Assembly (NCBI GenBank): GCA_964016885.1
Contig: OZ024744.1
Span: 68,572,001-68,636,000, forward strand
Direction: 5' to 3'
DNA length: 64,000 bases
DNA from: Eledone cirrhosa
Lineage: Eukaryota
The position numbers were made by a program, and so were the translations under genes. Below are positions 30,250 through 43,260 of this stretch, one piece after another (the stretch's first letter is position 1; the number at the start of each line of letters is the position of its first letter). The notes beneath the pieces were generated by a model. The model saw only the letters and a list, made by a program, of their open reading frames with translations, was not told the DNA's origin and searched no databases.

Positions 30250-30288
<39 letters not shown>

Positions 30289-30644
30289 CTGTTGCTGCTA
30301 TTGATGGTTGTGTCTGTATTGGTGATGGTGACATGGTGACATAGTGACATGGTGATGCCGGTTGACAGCTGGCTGTTCTGACTTGCTTACAGCTCGCTGG
30401 TTAAATCACCAGATGAAATTTTGTCGTCAACCATCATATTTTGCAAACAACTGAGGGGTGCACTTGGAAAACAAACACAGATTTAGTCGTAAGAGCTACA
30501 GATGGAGGAAAACTGACCAGCTCACAAAAGTACTGGTTAGTTCAATTATAAAACAATATCAAATGTTCAACAAAATAGGCTAGATAACAATGGTATAACA
30601 GACGTACGAGAGATATTTGAATACGTGTCGAGAAAAGAACGACC

Positions 30645-30728
<84 letters not shown>

Positions 30729-30729
30729 A

Positions 30730-31385
30730 TATCATCATGAAAAATGGAACAGATCGGACATGTAGCCTTATAGATATTTCCGTACCAGCTGAGAAGAATA
30801 CATCTATAAAAACAATAGAAAAACTGTCAAAATACAAAGACCTGGAAATAGAAATCAACAGGATATGGAGGAGGCCCACAAATACTATCCCTGAGCATTA
30901 GGATTAATACCTTAATCCTCAGGCCTGCACCCTAGAGTCCTTCCCTGCAAGATCAGCAAATATGAGCTACAGAAGATCAGGCTACTAGGAACAGCACACA
31001 TTCTCAGACGAGTTATCTCTCTACAATGAAAACATCTATTGCCCTAGATTCAAAGCCTGAACCTGGCAACAGAGAAACAGAACTGAACTAAACTAAATAA
31101 CACAACAATGATAATAATAATTATAATTATGATTATAATAATGATTTCTTTATAATTATTAATATCATTGTTGTGTTATTGTAGTTTAGCTCAGTTCTGT
31201 TTCTCTATTGCCGCGTTCACGCCTTGAATCTAGGGCAATAGATGTTTTCATTGTAGAGAGAGAACTTGTCTGAGAATGTGTGCGGTTCCTAGTAGCCCAA
31301 TCTTCTGTTGCTAATATTGCAGATCTTTCAGGGAAGGACGCTAGGGTGCAGGCCTGAGGATTTGGGTATTAATCCTAATGTTCAC
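30730..31385. mobile_element. R4/Dong-like 3' fragment (+) with an inverted copy of its 3' end
   Basis: CSLIDISVPAEKN..EKLSKYKDLEIEI; 30893-31115 is the reverse complement of ~31160-31385; preceded by (AGT)n 30646-30728. Confidence 0.8.
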
Positions 31386-31494
31386 AAAGGGTTTACAAAA
31401 AAAACGCATTAAGGACAGCACAGGACGGTACAGGACGGTACAAATATGGGTTTCTGCGTGTACAAAAAGAAAACAACAACAACAATAATAATAA

Positions 31495-31695
31495 TGATTT
31501 CTAGTATAGGCTCAAAGCCAGTAATTTGGGGGAGGAGAAGTCGATTTAATCGACCCCAGTACATTACTGGTGCTTTATTTTATCGACCACGTAAGTATGA
31601 AAGGCAAAGTTAACCTCGGCGGGATTTGAACACAGACCGTAAAGGGACGTAATTCTGTGCTGTAAAGCATGGCGTCCAACTCTCTACCGATACTA
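31495..31695 (-). mobile_element. SINE copy
   Basis: Reverse complement of SINE consensus. Confidence 0.85.
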
Positions 31696-32289
31696 ATAAT
31701 AATATAAGCTGCAAAAGCAACCTCAGTAAATAATGAAGTTACATGAATTGAATTTCAAGACGTAAAATAAATGTCTGTTTAAAATTAAACAATTGTACAT
31801 TCATTGTGCTATATACCACGTGGAAGTGATAAATAGTTTTCAGAAATTGTACCAATATTGTATCAGAAACCAAAATCTTTAAAAATAACTTTTTTTTTTT
31901 TTTCAACGGTCTCTTGGGATTCTGAAGATAAACAGAGAACAGAGGGGCAATAGAGAAAGATAGATGGATAGCTAAAGCATTTTTTTTTCAGATAGATATA
32001 TAACCAAATAGTATGATATAAGGGATATAGAGGGATAGAAGTTAATACACACCCGCAGTCCATACATACATAGAGGAAGTGTTAGTGAGTGAGAGAAGAA
32101 AGTAGGATGAAGAGGGGAATAGAAAGGAAGGAAGTCTAAAATACACTGTAAGCATTATATAACATAATTTAGTACACGTATACTTGTATTGATGCATAAC
32201 ATATTATATACAGTCAAACATATAAACATGCCCACATTCACATACATCATATATATATTTTTTCTTTCTCTATCTTTAACTCCCTTAGG

Positions 32290-32323
<34 letters not shown>

Positions 32324-32324
32324 G

Positions 32325-32404
<80 letters not shown>

Positions 32405-32500
32405 TATATACACATATGTATATACACATATATATATAGAATAAGAAAATGCGAAGTCGTCTCAGATGTTAAAGCCCTTTATTGATTTATACACACACAA

Positions 32501-32557
<57 letters not shown>

Positions 32558-32681
32558 CAGACACACAGATGTGTGTGTGTGTGTGTTTATAACAGACAAG
32601 AAAAGTGATATCTCAAAAATAACAATATAAAGTCAGAATAAAACATATATTGATTTTATGAGTTTGAGAAATAGAAAAATG

Positions 32682-32721
32682 TAATTTGACGTTTCGCGCG
32701 TAAGTCCGTCATCGGAAACTA
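32682..32721 (-). ncRNA. Hammerhead-like motif, CCGATGA core
   Basis: tagttt-CCGATGA-weak stem II-GAAA-CG-TC-aaatta. Confidence 0.55.
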
Positions 32722-33394
32722 GAGATGGAGAGAAAATAATAAAAAATATGAAAAAAAAAATTGAAAGAAAATTAACCGATAGGTACACGAATATTTCCTA
32801 TATAGTCGCCATATTTAAATTAACCGGCAGTAAGAATGGAAAAGAAAATATTTTTTGATGTCTACAGAGAGGAGACTGGAAAAAATATGGTGCACGTATG
32901 TGTATTACGTATGTGTATTATGTATGTGTATTATGTATGTGTATTATGTATGTGTATGCGTCAAAATTGAATGTCCATATATAAACACTATCCAGTACAA
33001 TTCTACCATCCCCTTTTTACACGTCGTTACTTACGAAACATTGGAAAATTTGAAATTTGAACGTATAGTCGCCATAGTGAATATATCAATAATAATTGAT
33101 AACTATGAATAATAGTTGAATTATATATATCTATATATATATATATATATAAATGAAAGGTATAGAAAACATTGTAGCAAAAAGCCAACAGTATTCCATA
33201 TATATATAATATTAAAGATACTATTTATAGTTATGTATATACTAAACTATAAACAACTATAAACAGGGAAGGTGAGTAATTTATTACTACCTTATTACCA
33301 GTAAGAGAAATAGCTCAATGTAAGACATCAGGTGTTTTACAGAGCAGTAATATAGATTACACAAGTATCAAAGTTATGTTTAAAACATTTAATC

Positions 33395-33439
33395 GCTGAC
33401 AATTGTTTCTTCCAAACTTAAGCTTGGGTTCCTCGGAGC
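33395..33439 (-). ncRNA. Hammerhead in left inverted pseudo-LTR
   Basis: gct-CCGAGGA-a c ccaagc ttaa gtttgg aa-GAAA-caattg-TC-agc. Confidence 0.72.
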
Positions 33440-36400
33440 ATTATTAATGTTTGTACATATAATTAACCCACTATTCAACTGAAGAATCATACAGATACAT
33501 ATATATTGATGTTGTGGACAACAGTTTCATGTTTACAGGGTGGAATGGATGCGACATATATTATACGAGAATTGTACAATAATTCAAATTAAGATTAAGA
33601 TTAAAATTAAAATTAAAATTAAAATAAAAATTAAAATAAAAATAAAAAATAAAAATAAAAATAAAAATAAAAATAAAAATAAAAATAAAAATAAAAATAA
33701 AAATAAAAATAAAAATAAAAATAAAAATAAAAATAAAAATAAAAATAAAAATAAAAATAAAAATAAAAATAAAAATTAAAAGCAAAGGGTGGAATATATA
33801 CGACAGATAATACAAGAGAATAGTCTAATAATTAAATTAAATAGTCTAATTAAATAGTCTAATAATTATATGACCTAATAAATCTAGTTAAGAACATTAA
33901 ATACAAAAAGCATCGTAATAGAAACAACACCTTCTTAAACAAACTTAACTCCACTATTAAAGGATTCAATACAAATAATAAAATTATAGTACATGCAGAT
34001 AAAACTAATAATATATATAGCCTATATTATGATATATATAGAAAATTTATATATAAAGAACTACATAGGAAAACTACTATTAAAAACATAGAAGATATTA
34101 ATTTGGAAGGCCGTAGTATAGTGTGTAAATTGGGACTTCAGAGACATACACAGCCATACACCCCTAACCCCCTAAGATTCTCTCTGAAGGACCATAAGGA
34201 AGAGTTCATTAGTAACCCTTTGATAAGACTAATCTGCCCTTCCAAATCTGACATTGGTATTATCAGTAAGAAAATTTTAGATAAAATTATCCACAGATTA
34301 AGCACAAAATATATCTTACCAGTGGGGAAATACAGGTTAAGTTATTGAATGGTTTAAGGATATTAAAGAGAACAAAAATAAAAAATTTATACAGTTTGAT
34401 ATCAATTCATACTACACCTCTATTTCCCCTATCCTATTAAATAAGGCACTTATTAATGGCCATGAACAATAGTGACGTGACTAGATCCCAGATTGACGTC
34501 ATACTTGCAGCCCGAAAAACCATAATTACACTGAAGATCAATTATGGACCCGCAAGGATACGCATAACAACTTTGACATAACTATGGGATCTAGTGACTC
34601 GGCGCAGGCCACTGATGTGGTCGGCCTATATCTACTAAATGAAATCCATAAAGAACTACCATACCTCAACGGTGGTTTATACCGCGATGATGCACTACTC
34701 CTTATAGACTATAAAAATTTAATATAGAAAGTACTAGGAAACTATTACATAAAATTTTCAAAAACTTCAACTTAAGTATCACCATAGACAAAAACATTAA
34801 AAATGTTAACTTCCTTGATGCTACCCTTTACCTAGACTCTAAAATAAACCTTTCATAAACCTAACGAAAAACTAATTTATGTAGATACCAAGTCTAACCA
34901 CCCTAAATCCATATTAAATTCAATCACTAAAGGAATATCTAATAGAATCTCTAATCTATCTTATAACGAAACCATATTTAACAACAATTCACAGTACTAT
35001 AATCAGGCATTAGCTAAATCAGTCCATAATAATAGGATTGAATTCCTACCTATAAAATCACATAGTTACAACATTATTTCTCTCAATATGGCCATGAGGA
35101 AAAATAATAATAAGAATAATAGCCACTCTTGCTCCAATACGGAGGGTAGTATCAAACTTAACTCGCACCAAAGTAGACACCAAAATTATATTATAAACAG
35201 AAATACCTCAATATATATTATAAAAAACAAAAATAGAAGAACTAATACATTTTTCAATCCCCCTTTCAATCTAAACATCTCTACCAACTTACCTAAGGTT
35301 TTCTTCTCAATCCTAGAAAAAGATTTCCCATCTGGCCACAAATACCATAATCTTATAAATAAAAATACCATTAAAATCTCTTACTCTACCACACCTAACA
35401 TAGCATACCATATAGCTAGTAGTAATAAAAGAAAGATTAATACTTATTTTCAACAAATTAAAACACAGCAGAAGGTAAACTTTCAGAACAACATAATAAC
35501 TATAAACCCTAATAGAAATAGTAATAATAGAAATAACACTTATGAAATCAATAACATTAGGAACGACAACCATCATAGCCCTAATACTAACCCTAGCAAC
35601 CAGACTTCTACACAACATAATAACCGGCAAGATAACATCCAAAATAAATGCAACTGTAGATCAAATAGAACTTGCCCTTTAGGTAACAACTGCTTAATCA
35701 AAGACATCATTTACTCCTGCACAGTCAAGACTAACGACTCTTCTTTAAATATTAAATATTAAATGTAACAATGAATTATATATACATTTATAATTAAATG
35801 TATAAATTAATAACATTGTATATAAAGGATTAATTTATTAACATAAGGAATTTATCTAACTTAAATGTAATATGTAAAAATGAATTATATATATATACAT
35901 TTATAATTAAATTAATAACATTGTATATAAAGGATTAATGTATTTACTCAAGGGATGTATCTAATTTATCATGCAAACAGCTATACGTTATTCCATATTT
36001 TACCAAATATTGGGTAGACAACAATCTAATGAAACCTTTAATATATTATGCGAGAGTAGATTGTATTTGAAATTAAATATAAATATATAACATTTTGTAT
36101 AAGGGATTCAATTGTGGCACTATATAATATTGGGTAGACAACAATCTAATGAAACCTTTAATATATTATGAGAGAATAGACTGTATTTAAAATTAAATAT
36201 AAATACATAACTTTTTTATATAAGGGATTCAATTGAGGCACTACATAATGTCTATTAGAGCAAGGAATTTAATTATTATAATGAGCTAGTTACCTCCCCT
36301 TACGCATTAGTTCCCCTTAATTCCATATCCACTTCCGGATATTAAACCGTTGAAAATACTCGCAGTAGAACAACTCTAATCCATAAATATGGATAAAATA

Positions 36401-36906
36401 ACACCAAGTTACAATCCATTACTATAACAAACATTCAATACAAATATAACTTAACATATGTAATGGATGTGAAATCTGTAACTTTTATATTCTACACATA
36501 TACAAATTTGAACTATACAGAAACTATCCTCGCGTTGCACCCACCATAATACACTAACATATTCGCTTAAAGCGCTTGTATTTCATGTAATACCTTGCCA
36601 TACAGTACTCATATATGCATGATATATTTGCTTGTTCCATTCCTTTATATATCACTAACGCATGTACTATCGCTTTAATTTAATTATTAGACTATTCTCT
36701 TGTATTATCTGTCGCATGTATTCCACCCATTGCTTTTAATTTTAATTTTAATCTTAATTTGAATTATTGTACAATTCTCGTATAATATATGTCGCATCCA
36801 TTCCACCCTGTAAACATGAAACTGTTGTCCACAACAACAATATATATGTATCTGTATGATTCTTCAGTTGAATAGGAGGTTAATTATCTGTACAAACATT
36901 AATTAT

Positions 36907-36951
36907 GCTCCGAGGAACCCAAGCTTAAGTTTGGAAGAAACAATTGTCAGC
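36907..36951 (+). ncRNA. Hammerhead in right pseudo-LTR
   Basis: Same motif as 33395-33439. Confidence 0.72.
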
Positions 36952-36989
36952 GATTAAATGTTTTAAACATAACTTTTATACTTGTGTAA

Positions 36990-37146
<157 letters not shown>

Positions 37147-37227
37147 ATATATATATAAATGATAGGCTGTGAATTAGAAGTTATATACATACATAGTTGA
37201 ATAATTCCACTATGTATGTATAAACTC

Positions 37228-37425
37228 ATAAGGGCGGTGGATTGGCAGTATCGGTAGTGGGACCGACGCCATGCTTTGACGCATAGAGTTACGGCCCTTG
37301 CCATTATGAGTTCAAATCCCGCCGAGGTTAACTTTGCCTTTTATCCGTACGGGGTCGATAAAATTAAGTACCAGTAATACACTGATATAATTGCTGGTCT
37401 TGTGCCAAAATTAGAAACAATTATT
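37228..37425 (+). mobile_element. SINE copy, full length
   Basis: A/B boxes and body. Confidence 0.88.
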
Positions 37426-37499
37426 GATATATTCACTATGGCGACTATATATTCAAATTTCAAATTTTCCAATTTTTCGTAAGTAACATATATAGAGAG

Positions 37500-37665
37500 A
37501 TATATCGACATTTCGTTGGTCTTTCCAATTGCGAATACTATCTATCGTTCGCAACTCCAGGTAGAAGGAGCAACGGGAAATAAAGTGTCTTGCTCAAGAA
37601 CATAACGTATCGCCCGATCTAGGAATCTCTTGAATTTCGGCCAAGCGCTTTAACCACTACGCTAA
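37500..37665 (-). mobile_element. Second tRNA-derived SINE family (CORE-like); also 47015-47212, 51655-51855, 51995-52170
   Basis: Head gtggctgattggttagag..gttcgattcc followed by ccttgagcaagacactttatttc. Confidence 0.72.
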
Positions 37666-38294
37666 ATAGCAGCTGATAACATTTTCTGATAATAGTTTTA
37701 GCGACTTGAGCCGTAAGGAAAGAAATCTTACGATTCATTAAAGGGTTTGGATGATTTGAAACGGTTTAAATTCAAATACACAGTCGCTACAATAATAACA
37801 GCGTTATATATGAAATGTTCAGGAAGGTATTGCAATGTTATTTAGCGAATGTGCAATGTAATTCTTTCTACTTTAGGCCCAATGACAGCAATTTGAAGGA
37901 TGAAAGGCAAAGCTAAACTCGGCAGGATTTAAACTCAGATCCTAAAGGGGTGTTACCCTATGTCCTAAAGAATGTTGTTCGACGCTCTACCGATACTGCC
38001 AATCCACCGAATGTATAACGTAATGTCTCTCCAATATTTCAGTAAGAAGTTCTGCGAACGTCTAGAGTGTTTTTACAATGTAATGTTGACTGACACAAGA
38101 GTGAGTACTTAATACCGAAGTAGAGCTTCATCATATTGTTTACTAGACCACCGGTGACCCATTGGGTAATGTTCACTTCAAAATATATATTTTTAAATCA
38201 TGTTCACTTAAAAATAATTTTTAAATAATTAAAATATACACAGACATGTATATAATGTGAAATGAAACTGGAAGGTCCATACATATATATATAC

Positions 38295-38334
<40 letters not shown>

Positions 38335-38586
38335 GTGTGTGTTTGTATAGATATATATATGTATGTGTATGTGTATATATATATATATATATATGTGGGA
38401 GTCTGTGATCTATATATACTGGTCATATACACGCATATACACACACATACACACACACACATATATATATATATACACACACTTATATATAACAACACCA
38501 CCAGCTCTGTCTCTCTCTTCCATTCTCCTTATCTGTCTCCTCTCCCTCTCTCTATGTCTCTCTTTTAATCAACTCTCTCACAACTA

Positions 38587-38635
<49 letters not shown>

Positions 38636-38638
38636 CTA

Positions 38639-38730
<92 letters not shown>

Positions 38731-39339
38731 ATGAAGGTACCCAGAAAAACCCCATATTTCGGGAACCCGTTCTCTGATTTACATGAAACTTGTTTTATTC
38801 CATTTGTATTCCCATTTCAGGGTCAACTGCCGTTCAAACTATTTTCCCATTATGGACCCTTTTGGCTTACAGACAAGGAAGCAATCGTAGAGTGTTAGTA
38901 ATATATAGATTAATCTTGTTAGTATTTAGTTTCACCTGTGTATTCGCGGGATAGTCCAGGAAGATTAATGGGGAGGAGAGAGTAAAGGCCTCACAGATCT
39001 GCTCAAAGGTATCCAACTATCTCAAAAGATCCGACTGGATTTACCTAATGCGCCAGTGTGGATATGCTCAAACTGCATCAGGTCAACCAGATCGTATCTA
39101 GATATGGTTTTTTAGGGAAGTAGATAATGCTAGAGTAGGCTATCCACTATCCAAATCTTACAGAGATCGGAGTAGTGAATTAGTTAAGCGGGCGTTGATG
39201 CGACAGTCGTCAACAACAAATGGTGGTTCACCTTTAAAAGGGTGGTTAGAGTAGAATCGATAAGATGTAATAAAGGTGTAGACTTAGAGTAGAAGGAATA
39301 GGAGTTAAAAAGCTAGAGGGTACGAAAGCTGTTTCAAGA

Positions 39340-39945
39340 ATCGTGACAAAACAAAAATCCAGTCTTTGGTGGACACTAATGTGTATATATTACTCTATCC
39401 CAAAGAGATGTGTGCCGCCTTTCAGTGCGCAACTATTCAGATGCAGTGCCGGGATGGTTCGCGAGATCGACTACAGTGCCTACCCTAACGTACATTTCAT
39501 CTACCCGCTGTCCATGGCCAAAGAAGTTGTGTAAAGGACGCGATTGAAATGATTGAGGACAAGCGCTTTCTACTTCAGTGAAGCCCAGATTAAAGTTTTC
39601 AAATTTCACTCTATGAGAGTAACGAGCATGATCCGAGTGAAAGAGCCTGTATATTGGAGGTGGAAATCTGGAGGGAGAACTTGCCCAGCGGTCACGGGGA
39701 CCTTGGCTTTTTGTGAGAATTCCCCGTGAATGACCCACGGAGATTTTCCCCAACTTGGGAATTTCCTTTGAAGTCTTTTTATTTTCTTAATGTTTTTTGC
39801 TTTCTCTTATCATTTTTACACACACTCAAAAAAACACATTGTATCGCCGAGTGCCATCTTGTACCCTCTTGTGCAATCCCATGTCATCATGTGCCGTCCT
39901 TTATCTTTTCTTCAAGTCAGCTCTGTATGTCTAATAAAGAAACCA
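39340..39945 (+). mobile_element. Tx1/L1-like LINE 3' fragment
   Basis: LSMAKEVV.RTRLK matches GMVKDVV..TRLK at ~21725; ends ctaataaagaaa. Confidence 0.6.
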
Positions 39946-40161
39946 TTTATATGATAATATGATATTAATCAGAGTCGTAATAAGTATTAGAGTAAAGATT
40001 AGTTAGAAAATTAACATGTTACTGCAGGTGTCCATACAAACATGTTCGTGTTTATACAAGTACTTATCAATAAAAAAGACGTTTTGCAAACATATATGTT
40101 AACCTATATACACATTAACGTGTACCCACATATCGATACAATATATATATAATATATATAC

Positions 40162-40353
<192 letters not shown>

Positions 40354-40522
40354 GTATATATATATATATATATATGTGTGTTTGTGTGTGTGCTTGCGAG
40401 TGTACAACAAGCTACGGTATACGTATATGCATATAAACACATATACCGATACACTTACACGGACACATACACATAAACACACACATATATATATATGTAT
40501 ATATATATATGTAAATAAATAA

Positions 40523-40568
<46 letters not shown>

Positions 40569-41122
40569 TCGATATATATATAAACATATATATATATAAA
40601 CATATATATATCGATACTATATATATATATATTTATTTATTTATTTATTTACACATGGTTTTATATATATGCATATTATATCTATACACATATATGCACA
40701 TATATCCACAAATATATTTTTATATAAAAACCTATACATACATGCGTGTACATAGCCAAGCCATTCATCTACAATCCATCATATTGGTACACACACACAC
40801 ACACACATAGATATCCTACTTTAATTAATCATCTGGATAGTGTAGATCACTTGTCCAATTCTTTTACAGACTATTCCATCTATCCAATTTCGGAAGTCTC
40901 TGACAAATAATCGTCTACCAGGCTGGAGCAATGCCTTTCATTGGTTCAGGGTATTTACATGTTGAGAGATTTTCATCGAGAGTTAACCGTAGCTGTGAGC
41001 TGATCATTATTCCTGCAAAAGATCGGTTGTTTGGAGAGTAGTAGGAGAGTTTAGAAAGAAAACGTGTCTAAACGCTTCTACTATTGAGCCGAAGCTCTTT
41101 AATCGAAACTCATAATCTTCTA

Positions 41123-41339
41123 TTGAGAATCGGCTGAAAAGTTCATAGGCTGACTATGAAGAAGTGATGCTAGGGCTGTGAAATCTTGCATGCATCAATG
41201 CATCGATGCATCAATTTCAACGCTTCGTATTAATAACTGCATTCTTTCTTTCCTAGGCCTAGGTTGAAAGATAAACCTCATTTGGTAATACCATGAGAGT
41301 ATCTTGGTCAGCCGATGAACTTTTCAGTCGACCCTCGTA
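41123..41339. mobile_element. Tc1/mariner-type MITE
   Basis: TIRs gagaatcggctgaaaagttcataggctgac / gtcagccgatgaacttttcagtcgaccctcgTA. Confidence 0.7.
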
Positions 41340-42830
41340 ATGTGAGTTGCAGTGTCTCTTTCGTTGGACCCATGATACGTTATATCACCGAGATATGCAG
41401 CAGCTCCTTCTACACCACTCAGTATTGTCCATGATTTACTGAAAAATTGCTGGTATTATTCGAAGGGTGAGTGCTGTAATGAAATGGAGCAGGATGCATA
41501 TGAATTGTTAGCAGGTGTCTGGATTCTTCCGAAACTTCAACGTGTAGGTATGCGTCTAAGAGATCCAACTTAGCCACTAACATCCATCGTGATGAAAATA
41601 TCGTTAGGTAGTGACGCTCGACACTGATACTCGTCCAGGGCGTCGTTTAGACTGGTGGAGTAATCAGCACAGATACTTACCGTTCCGTTTGGCTTATTGA
41701 AGATCACGATTGGTGCTGCCCATACAGAGTAGTTTACCGGTTGCCGAACTCCAGTTTCCACTAATTGTTTCATTTCAGCTTCAATGGTTGGCGAAGCCGC
41801 GGGTGATACTAGCCTTTTTAGTTCGAATTTTTGGCTGGTTTTGGGATGCATGTGCAAAACTGCCTTGCTTCTGATGCATCTGAGACCATCATCGAACACA
41901 ACATCATATTTCTTCCGAAAACTGCTGAAAATATCATCCTTAAGTTTTATTGTGCTCGTCACTTTTAATATCTGGTTTAGTGTAGATATACACAGTTGGT
42001 TAATCGTCGGTATATTTGAGAGCTGTGGGAGTTCAATCCTGTGGATACCAATGAAGTACTGCTCATAATAGTTAAGGTAATCTTTACCCCGACTATCACG
42101 ACCACCAACTTCAATATCATAATTGAATTAACTAAGAAACTGCAACTTACCTCTTGATGCACTCATGGCCGCCACTATATTTGGTGTGTACTTGGGTGAA
42201 CCTATAGGGTTCCATCCATGAGTTGATACAATTGTGATGTCTAATGATGTATCAAACTGTAATGTAATCGTTTCTCCGTTCATTCATATTTTCACATACT
42301 TTTCTTGTGCTTTGAAAGTATCACCAATCGTTGCAAGCACCATATTATGCCCAGGAAATAACGCCACCGACTACTGCCCGGTGTCCAATTTCCAATTTTT
42401 ATTCTGTCCAACTTCCTTGGTCAGCGCTGGTTTTCCTTCTGCCTATGTCATTTCTAAACTAAACACTTTGTGGTTATTGTAGGAATACAACCTAGCATAA
42501 TGCGATTCACAGCACTGCCAGCAGACCGATGGTGGGTTTGATTCATTAGCGCCCGTTAGAGATTGAAACTAGTTGGAAGTTATCTTGGGTAGGATGGGAG
42601 GCGCTCTAACATAGCTGTCTCACACTCGTGGTTTAGAAAGTTTTGGCACTAATGTTAGATTGTTTGCAGCGTCATGCCTGGAGATTGTTCAATTTTTCTC
42701 AATCATTTAGTTCGTACAGCACTTTTGGTATGCGACTGTAAGCCGCAAATAAAATTCAAGCATTTAAACTGGTCTTCTATCGTGGTAGATAACTTGAATT
42801 GTTCGCATTCATGATTCTTCTTAGTCGTAG
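41340..42830 (-). mobile_element. Ty3/Gypsy LTR retrotransposon gag-pol remnant
   Basis: DQFKCLNFICGL, CWQC..H, LQFDTS (protease), PVNYSVWAAPIV..KPNG.V.ICADY, LDL.DAYLH. Confidence 0.82.
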
Positions 42831-42919
42831 GTTCCTCCGCGACTTTCGGCGTATCGGGCAATAAGTACTCGCCAACGGTCACGATCAGCGTCGGGTTTTT
42901 CGCGCTCGTGACAAGTGAT

Positions 42920-43260
42920 GACATCAGGTCTCTTGGAATGCCCGCTGCTGCCAGGCGGAGTCCAGTTCATCGCTGTTTTTTAGTGTCGTTTGTTGGACTG
43001 GTGCAGAATATGGCCAGCCAGGTGGCACTGGCGCTAAGCGACCACCCTCTGCAGCGTCCACGACTTGGTGGAATGTGTTTAGCCATCTCTCTATGTTTGC
43101 CGTGCTCCTCCAGATTTCGCTCGCATAAAGTACTGTCGGCAGCACGATGCTCTTGTGTAGCCACAGTTTAATCCCGGTGCTGATGCATGAAGATGACCAG
43201 ATTCAAGATTGACTTTACCTATATGAGTGATGTAGCTTTCACCTTACTGTTTAACTAATT
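42920..43260 (-). mobile_element. RTE-clade LINE RT C-terminal fragment
   Basis: VLPTVLYASEIW......WLNTFHQ. Confidence 0.65.

Noticed and set aside
30086-30350. Poly-Ala/Thr ORF suggesting a transcription-factor exon
   Set aside because: Mixed triplet repeats open in several frames; no domain or splice evidence
36810-36870. SECIS element in the Naiad-like 3' region
   Set aside because: ATGA and GA are present but no convincing helix II, and no in-frame TGA at conserved Cys positions seen
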